NCBI GenBank assembly: GCA_965204375.1 | Contig: OZ241986.1 | Location: 704,001-768,000, forward strand | Source of the DNA: Candidatus Latescibacterota bacterium | Lineage (GTDB): Bacteria > Latescibacterota > UBA2968 | Direction: 5' to 3' | DNA: 64,000 nt | Shown: piece after piece, positions 1-9,500 of the stretch | How the letters are laid out: each line of letters opens with the position of its first letter | How positions within the stretch are numbered: the stretch's first letter is position 1 | Translations under genes and position numbers: made by a program | Notes under the pieces: generated by a model | What the model saw: the letters and a program-made list of their open reading frames with translations, nothing else | What the model was told of the DNA's origin: nothing | The model's database searches: none

Positions 1-712
1 CGGGGCGTGATTTTTCGGTACGCATGTGAATGGCAAAGCTGCGACGAGGTCCATTGGATCGGTTGGGTCCGCTACCGTGGAGCGTGAAGCAGTCGTGCAG
101 GCTCAATGCGCCGAGGGGCAGGAGCATGGGAATTTCTCGCCAGGTGGCCTGTTCGGGTATTGATATGCCGCGGCGCAATGTGTCGAGGTCTTGTTGTTGA
201 AAGCCGAAGTTGATGTCCAAAAGCCCCCAGCGGTGTGATCCGGGAACAAAGCGCATTGGTCCTGCATCGGGTGTGATGTCGCTGAGGGAGACCCACGCTG
301 TGAAGAGTTCGCTGCCGTCTTCCCATATTCGCCAGTAATAGCGGTCCTGATGCCAGCCGATGTTGGTGACGCGTTGATCTGTGGGTTCGCCTACGGGTTT
401 GTAGAGCAGTTGCACCCACCAGACTTGCACCATTTTTGCTCCTGTGACTTCAGCGGCAAGTTTGCCGAGGGCGGGATGTGAGACCAGGTCCATGATAGCA
501 TGGCTTGCGATCTGCGGCATTTCAATTTTGCAAAGTGTTTTGGGATCGTCACCGGGGTTCCATCTGGAGTTTTCCGGCGGGTATCCGGTATCGTAATTTC
601 CTGCGCGTACAGCATCCATGCCTTCAATTGCGGCATCGACGATGTCGATTGGAAATACCGGGTCAGAAATAGCGCAAAAACCATCTTTTTGATATTGTTC
701 CGAAAGGGTCAT
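1..712 (-). CDS. Phytanoyl-CoA dioxygenase (PhyH) family Fe(II)/2OG oxygenase; 3' end runs off the window (absent from the ORF track)
   Basis: Manual translation from ATG at 712 (GAGGA upstream): MTLSEQYQKDGF...NIGWHQDRYYW...FTAWVSLSD...GPMRFVPGSH...TLHGSGPNRSNGPRRSFAIH. Shows the HxD...H triad and stays open to base 1. Confidence 0.85.
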   Translation of the reverse strand, partial: MTLSEQYQKDGFCAISDPVFPIDIVDAAIEGMDAVRAGNYDTGYPPENSRWNPGDDPKTLCKIEMPQIASHAIMDLVSHPALGKLAAEVTGAKMVQVWWVQLLYKPVGEPTDQRVTNIGWHQDRYYWRIWEDGSELFTAWVSLSDITPDAGPMRFVPGSHRWGLLDINFGFQQQDLDTLRRGISIPEQATWREIPMLLPLGALSLHDCFTLHGSGPNRSNGPRRSFAIHMRTEKSRP

Positions 713-719
713 AATATCC

Positions 720-1331
720 TCACGCTACATGTCGCCGCGATACTTGCAAAAACCTCACGGCTCGCTGTCCCAGCCGTTTTAAAAGATCCAGATCTTGCCG
801 CGCTTTGGCCAGTATCAAAATGCCTTCGTAATACGCCCACAATGCCAGAGCTGTTTCCCGCGTATCCATAGGAGACAGATCACTGGCTTCTACCGCCTCG
901 TCGAGTGTTCTTTGCAACCGACCGATTACATCCTCAAAAATACGGTCAATTTTATGGCGGATCAGCGGCTCGTGCGCGCTCATTTCCACGGCGAGGTTGC
1001 CAAATGGACATCCGCAAAGCTGTTTGTGCTGCTCGTAAAATTGGCAATTTTGCTCATAGACCAGTTCAAAAAAACGCGAAATCCGCTCCAGGGGTGGTCG
1101 TTCTGATGAAAAAGCTCGCTCCCAGGCAGTCTCTCGTGTGATCTCCCACCATCGATCTAATGAAGCCAGCACCAGGTCTTGCTTGGTTTCGAAGAAGTGG
1201 TAAAAACTTCCCTTTTTTACCCCAGCAGCTTTGCACAATTCCTGTACGCCCACGTCGGTATAACCGCGCGTAAAAAACAAATCCATCGCAGCCTGAATCA
1301 GTCGCTCTTTTGCATCGCTCGTGCGTCCCAT
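720..1331 (-). CDS. TetR/AcrR family transcriptional regulator
   Basis: N-terminal HTH (AMDLFFTRGY...GVKKGSFYHFFETKQDL); C-terminal GCPFGNLAVE motif. Confidence 0.92.
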   Translation of the reverse strand: MGRTSDAKERLIQAAMDLFFTRGYTDVGVQELCKAAGVKKGSFYHFFETKQDLVLASLDRWWEITRETAWERAFSSERPPLERISRFFELVYEQNCQFYEQHKQLCGCPFGNLAVEMSAHEPLIRHKIDRIFEDVIGRLQRTLDEAVEASDLSPMDTRETALALWAYYEGILILAKARQDLDLLKRLGQRAVRFLQVSRRHVA

Positions 1332-1341
1332 GGTGTGCCTT

Positions 1342-1782
1342 TTACGATAGATTCGACAAATCTGCTATGTCCTGAGGCCGCCCAGTCGCTTTTTTGTTTT
1401 GCTTTAAGTTTTGTAAATCAATAACATGAGCTGTCGTTTCATTGATTTCAATGTCAACTCTGGTCTCATAACACGAATTAAATGTCACACCCTTTAAACC
1501 AGTGAAAAGATCAATGCGATTGGGTGGCAATCCAAGCTGGATCATATCTTCCGGGTCTTCAAAATCTTCGGCCTTTAACCCGAGCGAGCCAAAACCGAAT
1601 TGCTTGAGTGTTTCGAGCAACTTATCTATATTCTCAACCGCGGGATCTATCCAAATATCCAGATCTTTGGTATAACGCGGATGACCGTGAAATGCGACGG
1701 CATATCCACCGACAATGAGATATCGGACGTTATTTTTGTTTAATAACGCGATAAACTCTTTGAAATCCTGGGTCAGTGCCAT
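1342..1782 (-). CDS. Minimal nucleotidyltransferase (DUF6036-like)
   Basis: YLIVGGYAVAFHGHPRYTKDLDI (GG...DxD) and C-terminal KKATGRPQDIAD. Confidence 0.8.
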   Translation of the reverse strand: MALTQDFKEFIALLNKNNVRYLIVGGYAVAFHGHPRYTKDLDIWIDPAVENIDKLLETLKQFGFGSLGLKAEDFEDPEDMIQLGLPPNRIDLFTGLKGVTFNSCYETRVDIEINETTAHVIDLQNLKQNKKATGRPQDIADLSNLS

Positions 1783-1930
1783 ATTTCCAACTGTTGTATT
1801 CTCGTCTTATCTCTTCTAAGGCATCTATACGAGCCTGATAAGACTGCGTTTGCCAGAAGGCGAAATCGCTCTTTTGAGCGTTGACCTTACATTTTGTCAC
1901 AACCTTCTGTATGTTTCTCGTCGTTTCCAT
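1730..1930 (-). CDS. Small hypothetical protein, putative partner of the downstream nucleotidyltransferase
   Basis: 66 aa; DFAFWQTQSYQARIDALEEIR...FQRVYRVIK; overlaps the NTase start. Confidence 0.6.
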   Translation of the reverse strand: METTRNIQKVVTKCKVNAQKSDFAFWQTQSYQARIDALEEIRREYNSWKYGTDPGFQRVYRVIKQK

Positions 1931-1978
1931 AGGCTAAATATAGTCTATCTAAACCGACTTTTCAATAAGGAGCTTCAC

Positions 1979-2608
1979 ATGCGCGTCATTGCAATTGGTA
2001 CAGAATACACGGGCAAAACCACGCTGGTTCAAGCGATTCAAAAATGGGGCATGGAGCGCGGTATTCGCCATCACATGGACGATCACTTTTCCGTTCCCGA
2101 CCAGCAAACCCTTACGAATCCCGAAGATCAAAAGGCCATGGCCGAATTGCCATCGCCCATCAAAGAGCGTTTTCAGCGGTTTCAGATCGCTTATCACGTG
2201 CGCCTGGTTCACAATTACCAGCACGTTTTGCTCACGGGTTTCCATATTGAGGAAATGGTCTATGGTCAACGCTATTACTATCCCGATCTGGCGCGCCCGG
2301 TCGAAAATCCCCAGGCTTGGGAAAAAGACATGCCCAAAGATATCATTCTGGTGCATCTCACAGCCAGTCCTGAGGTTATCAAACAGCGCATGAAAGACGA
2401 TCCACACGATTTTCCCCTTGTACCCGAATCGGATATCGAAGAAGTGCAGGAGGCATTTCACGAAGAATTTCGCAAATCCTTTTTTAAACAAAAATTTCAG
2501 ATCGATACATCAGGTCTGAATGCAGATACCCTGCTCAAAGCCTTTCTCGACCAATCGTTTCCCTATCTCACTGCGGCTGATCACGCCATTCGGTTGGCAA
2601 GACCGTAG
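1979..2608 (+). CDS. P-loop nucleotide-kinase-like protein
   Basis: ATG at 1979 after AAGGAG; Walker A variant GTEYTGKTT; kinase-like LVHLTASPEVIKQR. Confidence 0.65.
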   Translation: MRVIAIGTEYTGKTTLVQAIQKWGMERGIRHHMDDHFSVPDQQTLTNPEDQKAMAELPSPIKERFQRFQIAYHVRLVHNYQHVLLTGFHIEEMVYGQRYYYPDLARPVENPQAWEKDMPKDIILVHLTASPEVIKQRMKDDPHDFPLVPESDIEEVQEAFHEEFRKSFFKQKFQIDTSGLNADTLLKAFLDQSFPYLTAADHAIRLARP

Positions 2609-2721
2609 TTAAAGATGAGGGACTGGGGATTGGTTCTCACCTCCTGCCAGTCCTTTGTCTCTTTGTGTGAGTAATTTACTCCCCCTTCGAGGTAATCATA
2701 TTGCCATCTCCACCTCCCGAT

Positions 2722-4101
2722 ATGCGCCTTGCGTTCGACGATGGTACTCTCGTCCTTCTGGATCCGCCAGCGGACTATGAACCGCCATCTCCATTTGTAT
2801 GGGATAGCCGCGTGGGACGCTGGCGCGCTCAGGCGCATCGGTATCGCGATCTTGTCGAAGCATTACAGGCTGGGGATGTTAAAATAAAAAATGTGATCCC
2901 GCGCTACAACCGCCTCAAGCTCAATTTCAACCGCGAACACACCCCACATCCGCATCAGGCCGAGGCTTTTGACGCCTGGCAAGCAAATCAATATCGCGGC
3001 GTGGTTGTCCTGCCCACGGGGTCGGGCAAGTCGCTTCTGGCGCTGATGGGTATTGCAGAAGTTGGTCGCAGTACGCTTGTTGTCGCGCCTACGATTGATC
3101 TTATGAATCAGTGGTATGACTTGCTCAAAGACGCTTTTTCCTGTGATATCGGCATTCTGGGTGGGGGGTATCACGAGCTTGAAGATCTCACTGTAACGAC
3201 TTACGACAGTGCGTATATGCACATGGACCGCTATGGCAATCGTTTTGGTTTTCTCGTTTTTGACGAAGTTCATCACTTGCCCGGCGAATCCTATTCCCAC
3301 GGTGCAGAGCTTTCTATTGCGCCCTATCGCTTGGGGCTTACAGCCACGCTCGAACGTCCCGATGGTCGCCATCTTATGCTGCGCGATCTCGTAGGGCCAA
3401 CCGTTTATGAAAAGGGTATCCGCGACCTGTCGGGCGATTATCTCTCCGAGTACAATACAGAGCGCATCGAAGTCGATATGGTGGCCGAGGAGCGCGCCGA
3501 ATACGAAACTGCGCGTTCGCAATTCAGTGCTTTTCTGGAGTCCAAGAATCTGCGGTTGGGCAGTGCTTCTGGATGGCAAAATTTCGTGCGTCTTTCGGCT
3601 CGCTCCAGCGATGGCCGAAGGGCGATGCTCGCCTATCGTCGCTATCGCAAAGTCGCTCTGGGCACAACCGCTAAGTTGCGCGTGCTGGAAGACCTGCTAA
3701 AAAAACACCCGCGCGACCGCATGCTCATTTTTACCAATGATAACGAAACTGTTTATAATATTTCAGAACAATTTCTCATTCCCGCCATTACGCACCAGAC
3801 CCGCACAAAGGAGCGCCGAGAAATCCTCAAAGCTTTTAATGAGGGGGACATTCTCGCGCTTGTCACTTCTCGCGTGCTCAACGAAGGGGTCAACGTGCCC
3901 GAGGCCAATGTCGCGGTTGTGCTTTCGGGAACGAGTACGATCCGCGAACACGTCCAGCGATTGGGGCGCATTTTGCGGCGCCGCGAAGGCAAACACGCCA
4001 TTCTCTACGAGGTGATTTCCCGCAATACGGTTGAAGACCGCATTTCCCGCCGCCGCAGACAACACGATGCGTACGATGGGAAGCAACGAGAAATGTTTTG
4101 A
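2722..4101 (+). CDS. XPB/Rad25-like SF2 DNA helicase
   Basis: LPTGSGKS, VVAPTIDL, DEVHH, GLTAT, LNEGVNVP, QRLGRILR. Start is ATG 2722 or TTG 2701. Confidence 0.9.
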   Translation: MRLAFDDGTLVLLDPPADYEPPSPFVWDSRVGRWRAQAHRYRDLVEALQAGDVKIKNVIPRYNRLKLNFNREHTPHPHQAEAFDAWQANQYRGVVVLPTGSGKSLLALMGIAEVGRSTLVVAPTIDLMNQWYDLLKDAFSCDIGILGGGYHELEDLTVTTYDSAYMHMDRYGNRFGFLVFDEVHHLPGESYSHGAELSIAPYRLGLTATLERPDGRHLMLRDLVGPTVYEKGIRDLSGDYLSEYNTERIEVDMVAEERAEYETARSQFSAFLESKNLRLGSASGWQNFVRLSARSSDGRRAMLAYRRYRKVALGTTAKLRVLEDLLKKHPRDRMLIFTNDNETVYNISEQFLIPAITHQTRTKERREILKAFNEGDILALVTSRVLNEGVNVPEANVAVVLSGTSTIREHVQRLGRILRRREGKHAILYEVISRNTVEDRISRRRRQHDAYDGKQREMF

Positions 4102-4112
4102 AAGGAGACGCT

Positions 4113-4730
4113 GTGCATATCGAAGATCTTTTTACGCCAGCCCAACGCGTGCTTGTCGCCCACCTTCACAGCCGCGACCAGGAGGAGCGCCGAGCCGGTT
4201 CTACTGACCCGCTGCGCCTCAAAGCCGCCAGCCCAGAGGTAGCACATTATCTGTGTCTTACCGCGGTTCACCAACGGGCGAGGACACTGGTTGAATTTGG
4301 CACGTCGCACGGCTATTCCACTTTGCATCTGGCCGCGGCAGCCCAGCACACGGGAGGTCGCGTTTTCACGCTGGATCAGATGCCCGAAAAAACCGCGGCG
4401 GCTCAGGGCAATTTGCGAGCCGCTGGTCTGGACCATCTGGTGGCGTGCCACACGAGTGCCGGAGATGTGTTTATCGCTGCTCTTCCCGAGTGCGTAGATT
4501 TCGTTTTTGTCGATTTTGGCCTGCACGCTTTTGCTCCCATGTTCGATATGCTGGAAAGCTGTCTGGCACCAGGGGCTTTCATCTTTGTCGATGGCTGGTC
4601 TGCGGTCGAACAATGGTATATGGATCCGGATTGGTCCGCCTTCAAGAGCCGCCTGGATGAGGCGCCCGATTATCTGACCTGTATTTTGCCCCTGCAAAAG
4701 TCGCATCTCATCGCGATTAAGCTATCTTGA
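4113..4730 (+). CDS. Class I SAM-dependent O-methyltransferase
   Basis: VEFGTSHGYSTLHLAAA, DFVFVD, LAPGA; GTG start after AAGGAG. Confidence 0.85.
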   Translation: MHIEDLFTPAQRVLVAHLHSRDQEERRAGSTDPLRLKAASPEVAHYLCLTAVHQRARTLVEFGTSHGYSTLHLAAAAQHTGGRVFTLDQMPEKTAAAQGNLRAAGLDHLVACHTSAGDVFIAALPECVDFVFVDFGLHAFAPMFDMLESCLAPGAFIFVDGWSAVEQWYMDPDWSAFKSRLDEAPDYLTCILPLQKSHLIAIKLS

Positions 4731-4741
4731 GTGGAAAAAAC

Positions 4742-4779
4742 AAAAATGGCCCGCTTCCGAGAAGGAACCGGGCTTTTTT
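4742..4779. terminator. Probable bidirectional intrinsic terminator
   Basis: GCCCG.TTCC-loop-GGAA.CGGGC hairpin flanked by A and T runs between convergent genes. Confidence 0.7.
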
Positions 4780-4803
4780 ATTACTATCGCAGTTGTAAAA
4801 AAC

Positions 4804-5097
4804 TTATCGCGCACTGTGGGGTATCAGTTCGATTTTGAGCTGACAGCCGACTGCTTTGGCGAATTTTTGCAGGGTGTGAACAGATGGCGAGTGATTGCTA
4901 TTCGCAGACTCCAAGCGGGTAATTGCCGTTGCTTTGGTGCCCATCTTCTCGGCGACCTGTTCCTGGGTCAGGCCAGCGCGTTTCCTTGCTTCTAATAGCT
5001 TGTCGAGCAATTCAAACTCAGGTTTTTGAGCTTCATATTCGGCCCTCGTTTCGGGATCTGCGAGTGCCTTTATTTTTAGTTCTTTATGTGTCATCAT
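4804..5097 (-). CDS. XRE/HigA-type HTH antitoxin
   Basis: ARKRAGLTQEQVAEKMGTKATAITRLES...PSVHTLQKFAKA; ATGA overlap with the toxin gene. Confidence 0.88.
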   Translation of the reverse strand: MMTHKELKIKALADPETRAEYEAQKPEFELLDKLLEARKRAGLTQEQVAEKMGTKATAITRLESANSNHSPSVHTLQKFAKAVGCQLKIELIPHSAR

Positions 5098-5417
5098 TGT
5101 TTGATTTCCCTCATTCTTTGGGTGGCAATAGCGAGGTCTCTTTTAGGGGTTTTCTGAGATTTCTTGACGAAGCTGTGCAACATCACGATTTTTTGGTTAA
5201 TGATAGTGCAGAAAAACACACGAGCAATACCTTCTTTAGCTCTCAATCTGAGTTCGAACAAACCTCCACCCATCGCTCGTGTGTGCGGCATTCCAAGATT
5301 GGGGCCAAATCTTTCCATTCTGTCAGCCAAAAGAAAATAACGCGCTCGGATGCCGGGCGGAAAGCGCAAAATATCTTGCTGTAGTATCTCGCAGTAGTAT
5401 GTGATTTCAAATTTCAT
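5094..5417 (-). CDS. RelE/ParE superfamily toxin (HigB/Gp49-like)
   Basis: GPNLGMPHTRAMGGGLFELR...ARVFFC...MLHSFVKKSQKTP. Confidence 0.9.
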   Translation of the reverse strand: MKFEITYYCEILQQDILRFPPGIRARYFLLADRMERFGPNLGMPHTRAMGGGLFELRLRAKEGIARVFFCTIINQKIVMLHSFVKKSQKTPKRDLAIATQRMREIKQ

Positions 5418-5424
5418 CTTATAT

Positions 5425-5439
5425 ACATATCAAATATGT
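5425..5439. promoter_or_regulatory. Palindromic operator candidate for the RelE/HigA pair
   Basis: ACATAT-CAA-ATATGT immediately upstream of the toxin start. Confidence 0.5.
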
Positions 5440-5696
5440 TAGTTTTTGTCAAAGCGAAATTTGAATAGGTGTACAGAACTTGCCTTTTTGAGCCGCAGCC
5501 GGGGTTTGCATCATTTGAACCAATAGCATATCTTTTTTTAGCCGTCTCACAGGTTTGGATTGTCGTTGGTTTATAGTATATTTGACAACCAATCTGTATG
5601 AACGGTAGTTTTTTTGCTTATACCAAAATCTGTCCAAATTATTGTATATTCGGTAAGTATCTAAAAAGTCACTCCAGATTTCCATAGGAGGACAGC

Positions 5697-6554
5697 ATGC
5701 CCAATACCTTGATAGACCATTCTGAAGAGAAGATATGGGAAAAGGACCTTCGTAAGATATGGCGAGTTCTCCGCCCAATAGTGAAGGATAGATGTACATT
5801 CGCGGAGATCAAGGATGTTGTCTCAATATCCGGGCTCCCGGTGGAAGAACTTACCCATTTGCAGCAGCGGTCTTTGCCTGAGAGGGGAGCTTCCAAAAGT
5901 GAACTGCTTGATGCCGTTGATGACCTTATCAAGAGGGAGAGCGAACCCACTGCGGCGATTCAGAACCTTATTGCCGCCTTTCTAAAAAAGAAACCAGACT
6001 ACGGGGACGCTGTGGCGGAGCGTGTACAAAATTTTGGCGGGACAGTTATGGAAGGACAACTGCAACCATCAGACTTTCAGATCGGTGAGGCATTCGTTGA
6101 TTCTGATGAGGAAATCAGGCAGTCACTGAAAACGGCCTATGAAAGATACAGTCAAAGCGACTATCCGGGAGCCATGACCGCAGTGTGCAGTGCTCTGGAC
6201 AAACTGACGCTCCACATATATGAGGACTACTGTCTTGGTAACGCCTACCAGGCATCGTACCAGGAACGTGTAGGCCGCTCTTTCCAAGCCCTTGAAGATG
6301 CGTACAGAACTCGTCTTGCAGAAGCACAAATAGACGAACAGGAAGTCAACCTCATTTGGAAAAACTACAAAGGGGCGGTCAACCAAGCTGCCTATGTCTT
6401 GGGATCATTCCGACGGAACGTGAGCGATGTCCACGGCCTGTCGCAGTGCTCTCCCGGACTTATTCGGTACGCGATAGACTGTGGTACTTTCATCATCAGG
6501 AGCATCACATCAGAGATGAACAGAGATGCACAACTGGATGCTCTCAATTTCTGA
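5697..6554 (+). CDS. Hypothetical protein with Abi_C/HEPN-like C-terminal domain
   Basis: AGGAGG RBS; DYPGAMTAVCSALD helix followed by LGSFRRNVSDVHG (RNx4HG), resembling the abortive-infection C-terminal domain. Confidence 0.6.
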   Translation: MPNTLIDHSEEKIWEKDLRKIWRVLRPIVKDRCTFAEIKDVVSISGLPVEELTHLQQRSLPERGASKSELLDAVDDLIKRESEPTAAIQNLIAAFLKKKPDYGDAVAERVQNFGGTVMEGQLQPSDFQIGEAFVDSDEEIRQSLKTAYERYSQSDYPGAMTAVCSALDKLTLHIYEDYCLGNAYQASYQERVGRSFQALEDAYRTRLAEAQIDEQEVNLIWKNYKGAVNQAAYVLGSFRRNVSDVHGLSQCSPGLIRYAIDCGTFIIRSITSEMNRDAQLDALNF

Positions 6555-6577
6555 ATTGTGATAAGGAACACAGACTA

Positions 6578-9500
6578 ATGAAAAACCCCATTCTTCGTTT
6601 TCCATTCTCAAGACTGTTGAGCGTGTGCCTATTCGCGTTACTCTGCCTCTCATCTATCGGACAGGCTTCTTCTCTGCCATCAAATGATATGCATTTCTGC
6701 CTGCCTCTCAATCTTGAAGACACGCAGGCACGCGATAGCATCTATGCTGCCACGAAGCACGCGCTTAATTTGAACGTTGGCGAACCCCGCACGGTGCGGA
6801 TGATCTACTTCTTGCCGAATGACCGTCCTTTTCGTCAAGAAGTGGTTGATTCGATGAAAGTAACAATTCGCCAGATTCAGACCTTTTATACCGAGCAGAT
6901 GCAGGCGCATGGACACGGGAACAAAACCTTTCGCTTTGAAACCGATGCGCGAGGCGAACCGATAGTTCATCGCGTGGATGGTCAGTATCCAGATAACCAC
7001 TATCTTGACGACACGTTTATTACTGTGTTTAATGAGATTGAACAGGCGTTTGATGTGCGAGAGAACATTTACTTCATAGTCATAGACAATAGTATAGATG
7101 CAATTGGTACTGGTGGTGGTCGGCGTGCGGCCGGAATAGCAAGCTCCATGGGAAAAAATGGCGGATTTGCGTTGGTTCCTGGTGGATTGAGCTGGATATT
7201 GGCAGCACATGAACTTGGACATGCCTTTGGATTGGGACATGATTTCAGGAATGGTACGTACATCATGTCGTATGGCCCCGGATGGGATCGGCTATCTGCA
7301 TGTAGTGCCGGATTTTTAGCCGTACATCCCTACTTCAATCCCAGTGTTGAAGCGCACGAAGCACTGCCACCAAAAATAGAACTCATTTCACAGACAGGCT
7401 ATCCAGCAGGTTCAACAAGCGTCTCTATTCAACTCGAAGTCAGCGATTCAGATGGACTGCATCAGGTGATACTATTCGCTGGAGAAAGTGTGAAGGCGTG
7501 TCGTGGATTGAATAGCGCAAAAGAGTCTGTCGTTGAATTTGATTATGACGGCATTATTCCATCCACCTTTGAATTTAGTTTTGACAGCGTTAGCCAAGGT
7601 CCCACGAGCCTTTCCAATCCTGATGTGCATCTGATTTCTATCGAGGTAGTTGATACTGAAGGGAATGTTAGCCGGGTGAGTTTTTACCTTTGGGAAATTT
7701 CTCCACACTATATCGCCACCCTTGAGGGACATACCAATGGTATCAGTTCTGTGATATTTTCATCCACTGGGGCAATACTTGCTTCAAATTCAGAGAATGA
7801 CGAGAATGGTACAATCAAGCTATGGGATGTTGCGACAAAAGAAAATATCGCGACTTTTCATACAGTAGGGAGTAGTTTTGTTGCGTTTTCGCCTGATGGG
7901 GCGACCCTCGCTATAGGAGGATTAGGAGAGAAGACTGTCAGACTATGGGACATTGCAAAAAAAGAAAATATCGCAGTACTCGAAAATACGGGTTCTGTCG
8001 CGTCTTTGGCGTTCTTGCCCGACAAGAAAACGCTGGCGGCCGTTTCTGTTTTTTCATCAGGTCTCACCGTCAGGCTATGGGACGTGGTGACGAAACAAAA
8101 TATCGCCACATATAGTGATATTTCTCTTAAAGATGTTGACTATATCACTTCTATTGTATTTTCGCCCGATGGCACAACGCTGGCTTGGAGCGGAGTGAGT
8201 TTAGCAGATGTAGGCAATGTTTGGCTGTGGGATGTGTCAACGAGACGAAACATGGCTACCCTTGAACATGCGAAAGAAGTCGGGTCAGTTGCGTTTTCGC
8301 CCGATGGGAGAACCCTCGCCTCAGGGGCAGGTGATAATACGATTAAGCTGTGGGACATGACGACACAAACTAATATTGCCACCTTTGAAGGGCATAAGTC
8401 TTTGATCGGTTCCGTGGCATTCTCACCCGATGGGAGAACCCTTGCCTCGGGGTCATATGATAATGTTCGAGGATCATTGAATAACACGATCAAGTTATGG
8501 GATGTTGCAACGGGACAAAATATCGCGACTTATAGGCATGGGGAGCAAGGTATTTTTTCTCTTACATTTTCACCTGATGGCACGACTCTCGTTTCAGGGG
8601 CAAGTGATGGCACAGTCATTCTGTGGGATGTGTCTAAGCCTCGTCCTAAAACGCTTGTGCAAATCTCAGGTGATAACCAGCAAGGGCTGACCAATACTCA
8701 ATTGGATAATCCTTTTGTGGTTGAAGTGAGAGATCAAAATGGGAATTTACTTGAAGGTGTTCAAGTCATATTTACTGTTACTACAGGTGATGGGAAACTC
8801 AACGGGCGATTTACTGTTGCGAACAGAACGACAGATGCCAACGGTAGAGCACAGAGTACGCTTACTCTTGGTCTAAATCTTGGAACAAATATTGTTACGG
8901 CATCTGTAGATGGGATTGTTGATAAAATTGAGGTGACTTTCAACTCGGAGGGAATTGGAACGCCTACCACGCCGATCATAGGTGGTGATTATCAGACATG
9001 GCATTTACCTGATGCTGCGATCATCCGCTTGGGCAAAGGACACATTAGCTACGGCGACAGAGCTATAGCAATTTCTCCTGATGGTCAACGCCTCGCTGTG
9101 GCAAGTGGCATAGGTGTGTGGCTGTACGATGTGGTGACATTGCGTGAACTCGCACTACTCGCGCATACGGATCAAGTCACCTCTGTTGCGTTCTCTCTCG
9201 ACGGTACAATGCTCGCTTCAGGGACAGGGGATGGCACGGTCAAACTATGGAATGTAGAGGCAGGACAAAATATCGCGACTTTTGCGGGGCATGCGGGATC
9301 TGTCGAGTCTATTGCGCTCTCTCCCGATGGAAAGACACTCGCTACCGGGTCAGGAGTCTGGGATGGTACAGTCAAACTGTGGGATGTTACAACAGGACGT
9401 ACTATCGCTACCCTTAAGGGACATACGGGTTTTATTGAGTCTGTTGCATTCTCTCCTGATGGAAAGATACTTGCTTCCGGGGCATGGGATGGCACGGTCA

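Noticed and set aside
72-871. ORF-track calls 72-419, 391-684 and 500-871
   Set aside because: They are alternative frames of the real PhyH gene (712 to <1) and TetR, with no recognisable motifs.
6356-6577. 74-aa N-terminal extension of the WD40 ORF
   Set aside because: It overlaps the Abi_C-like gene; ATG 6578 has an RBS and begins a signal peptide.
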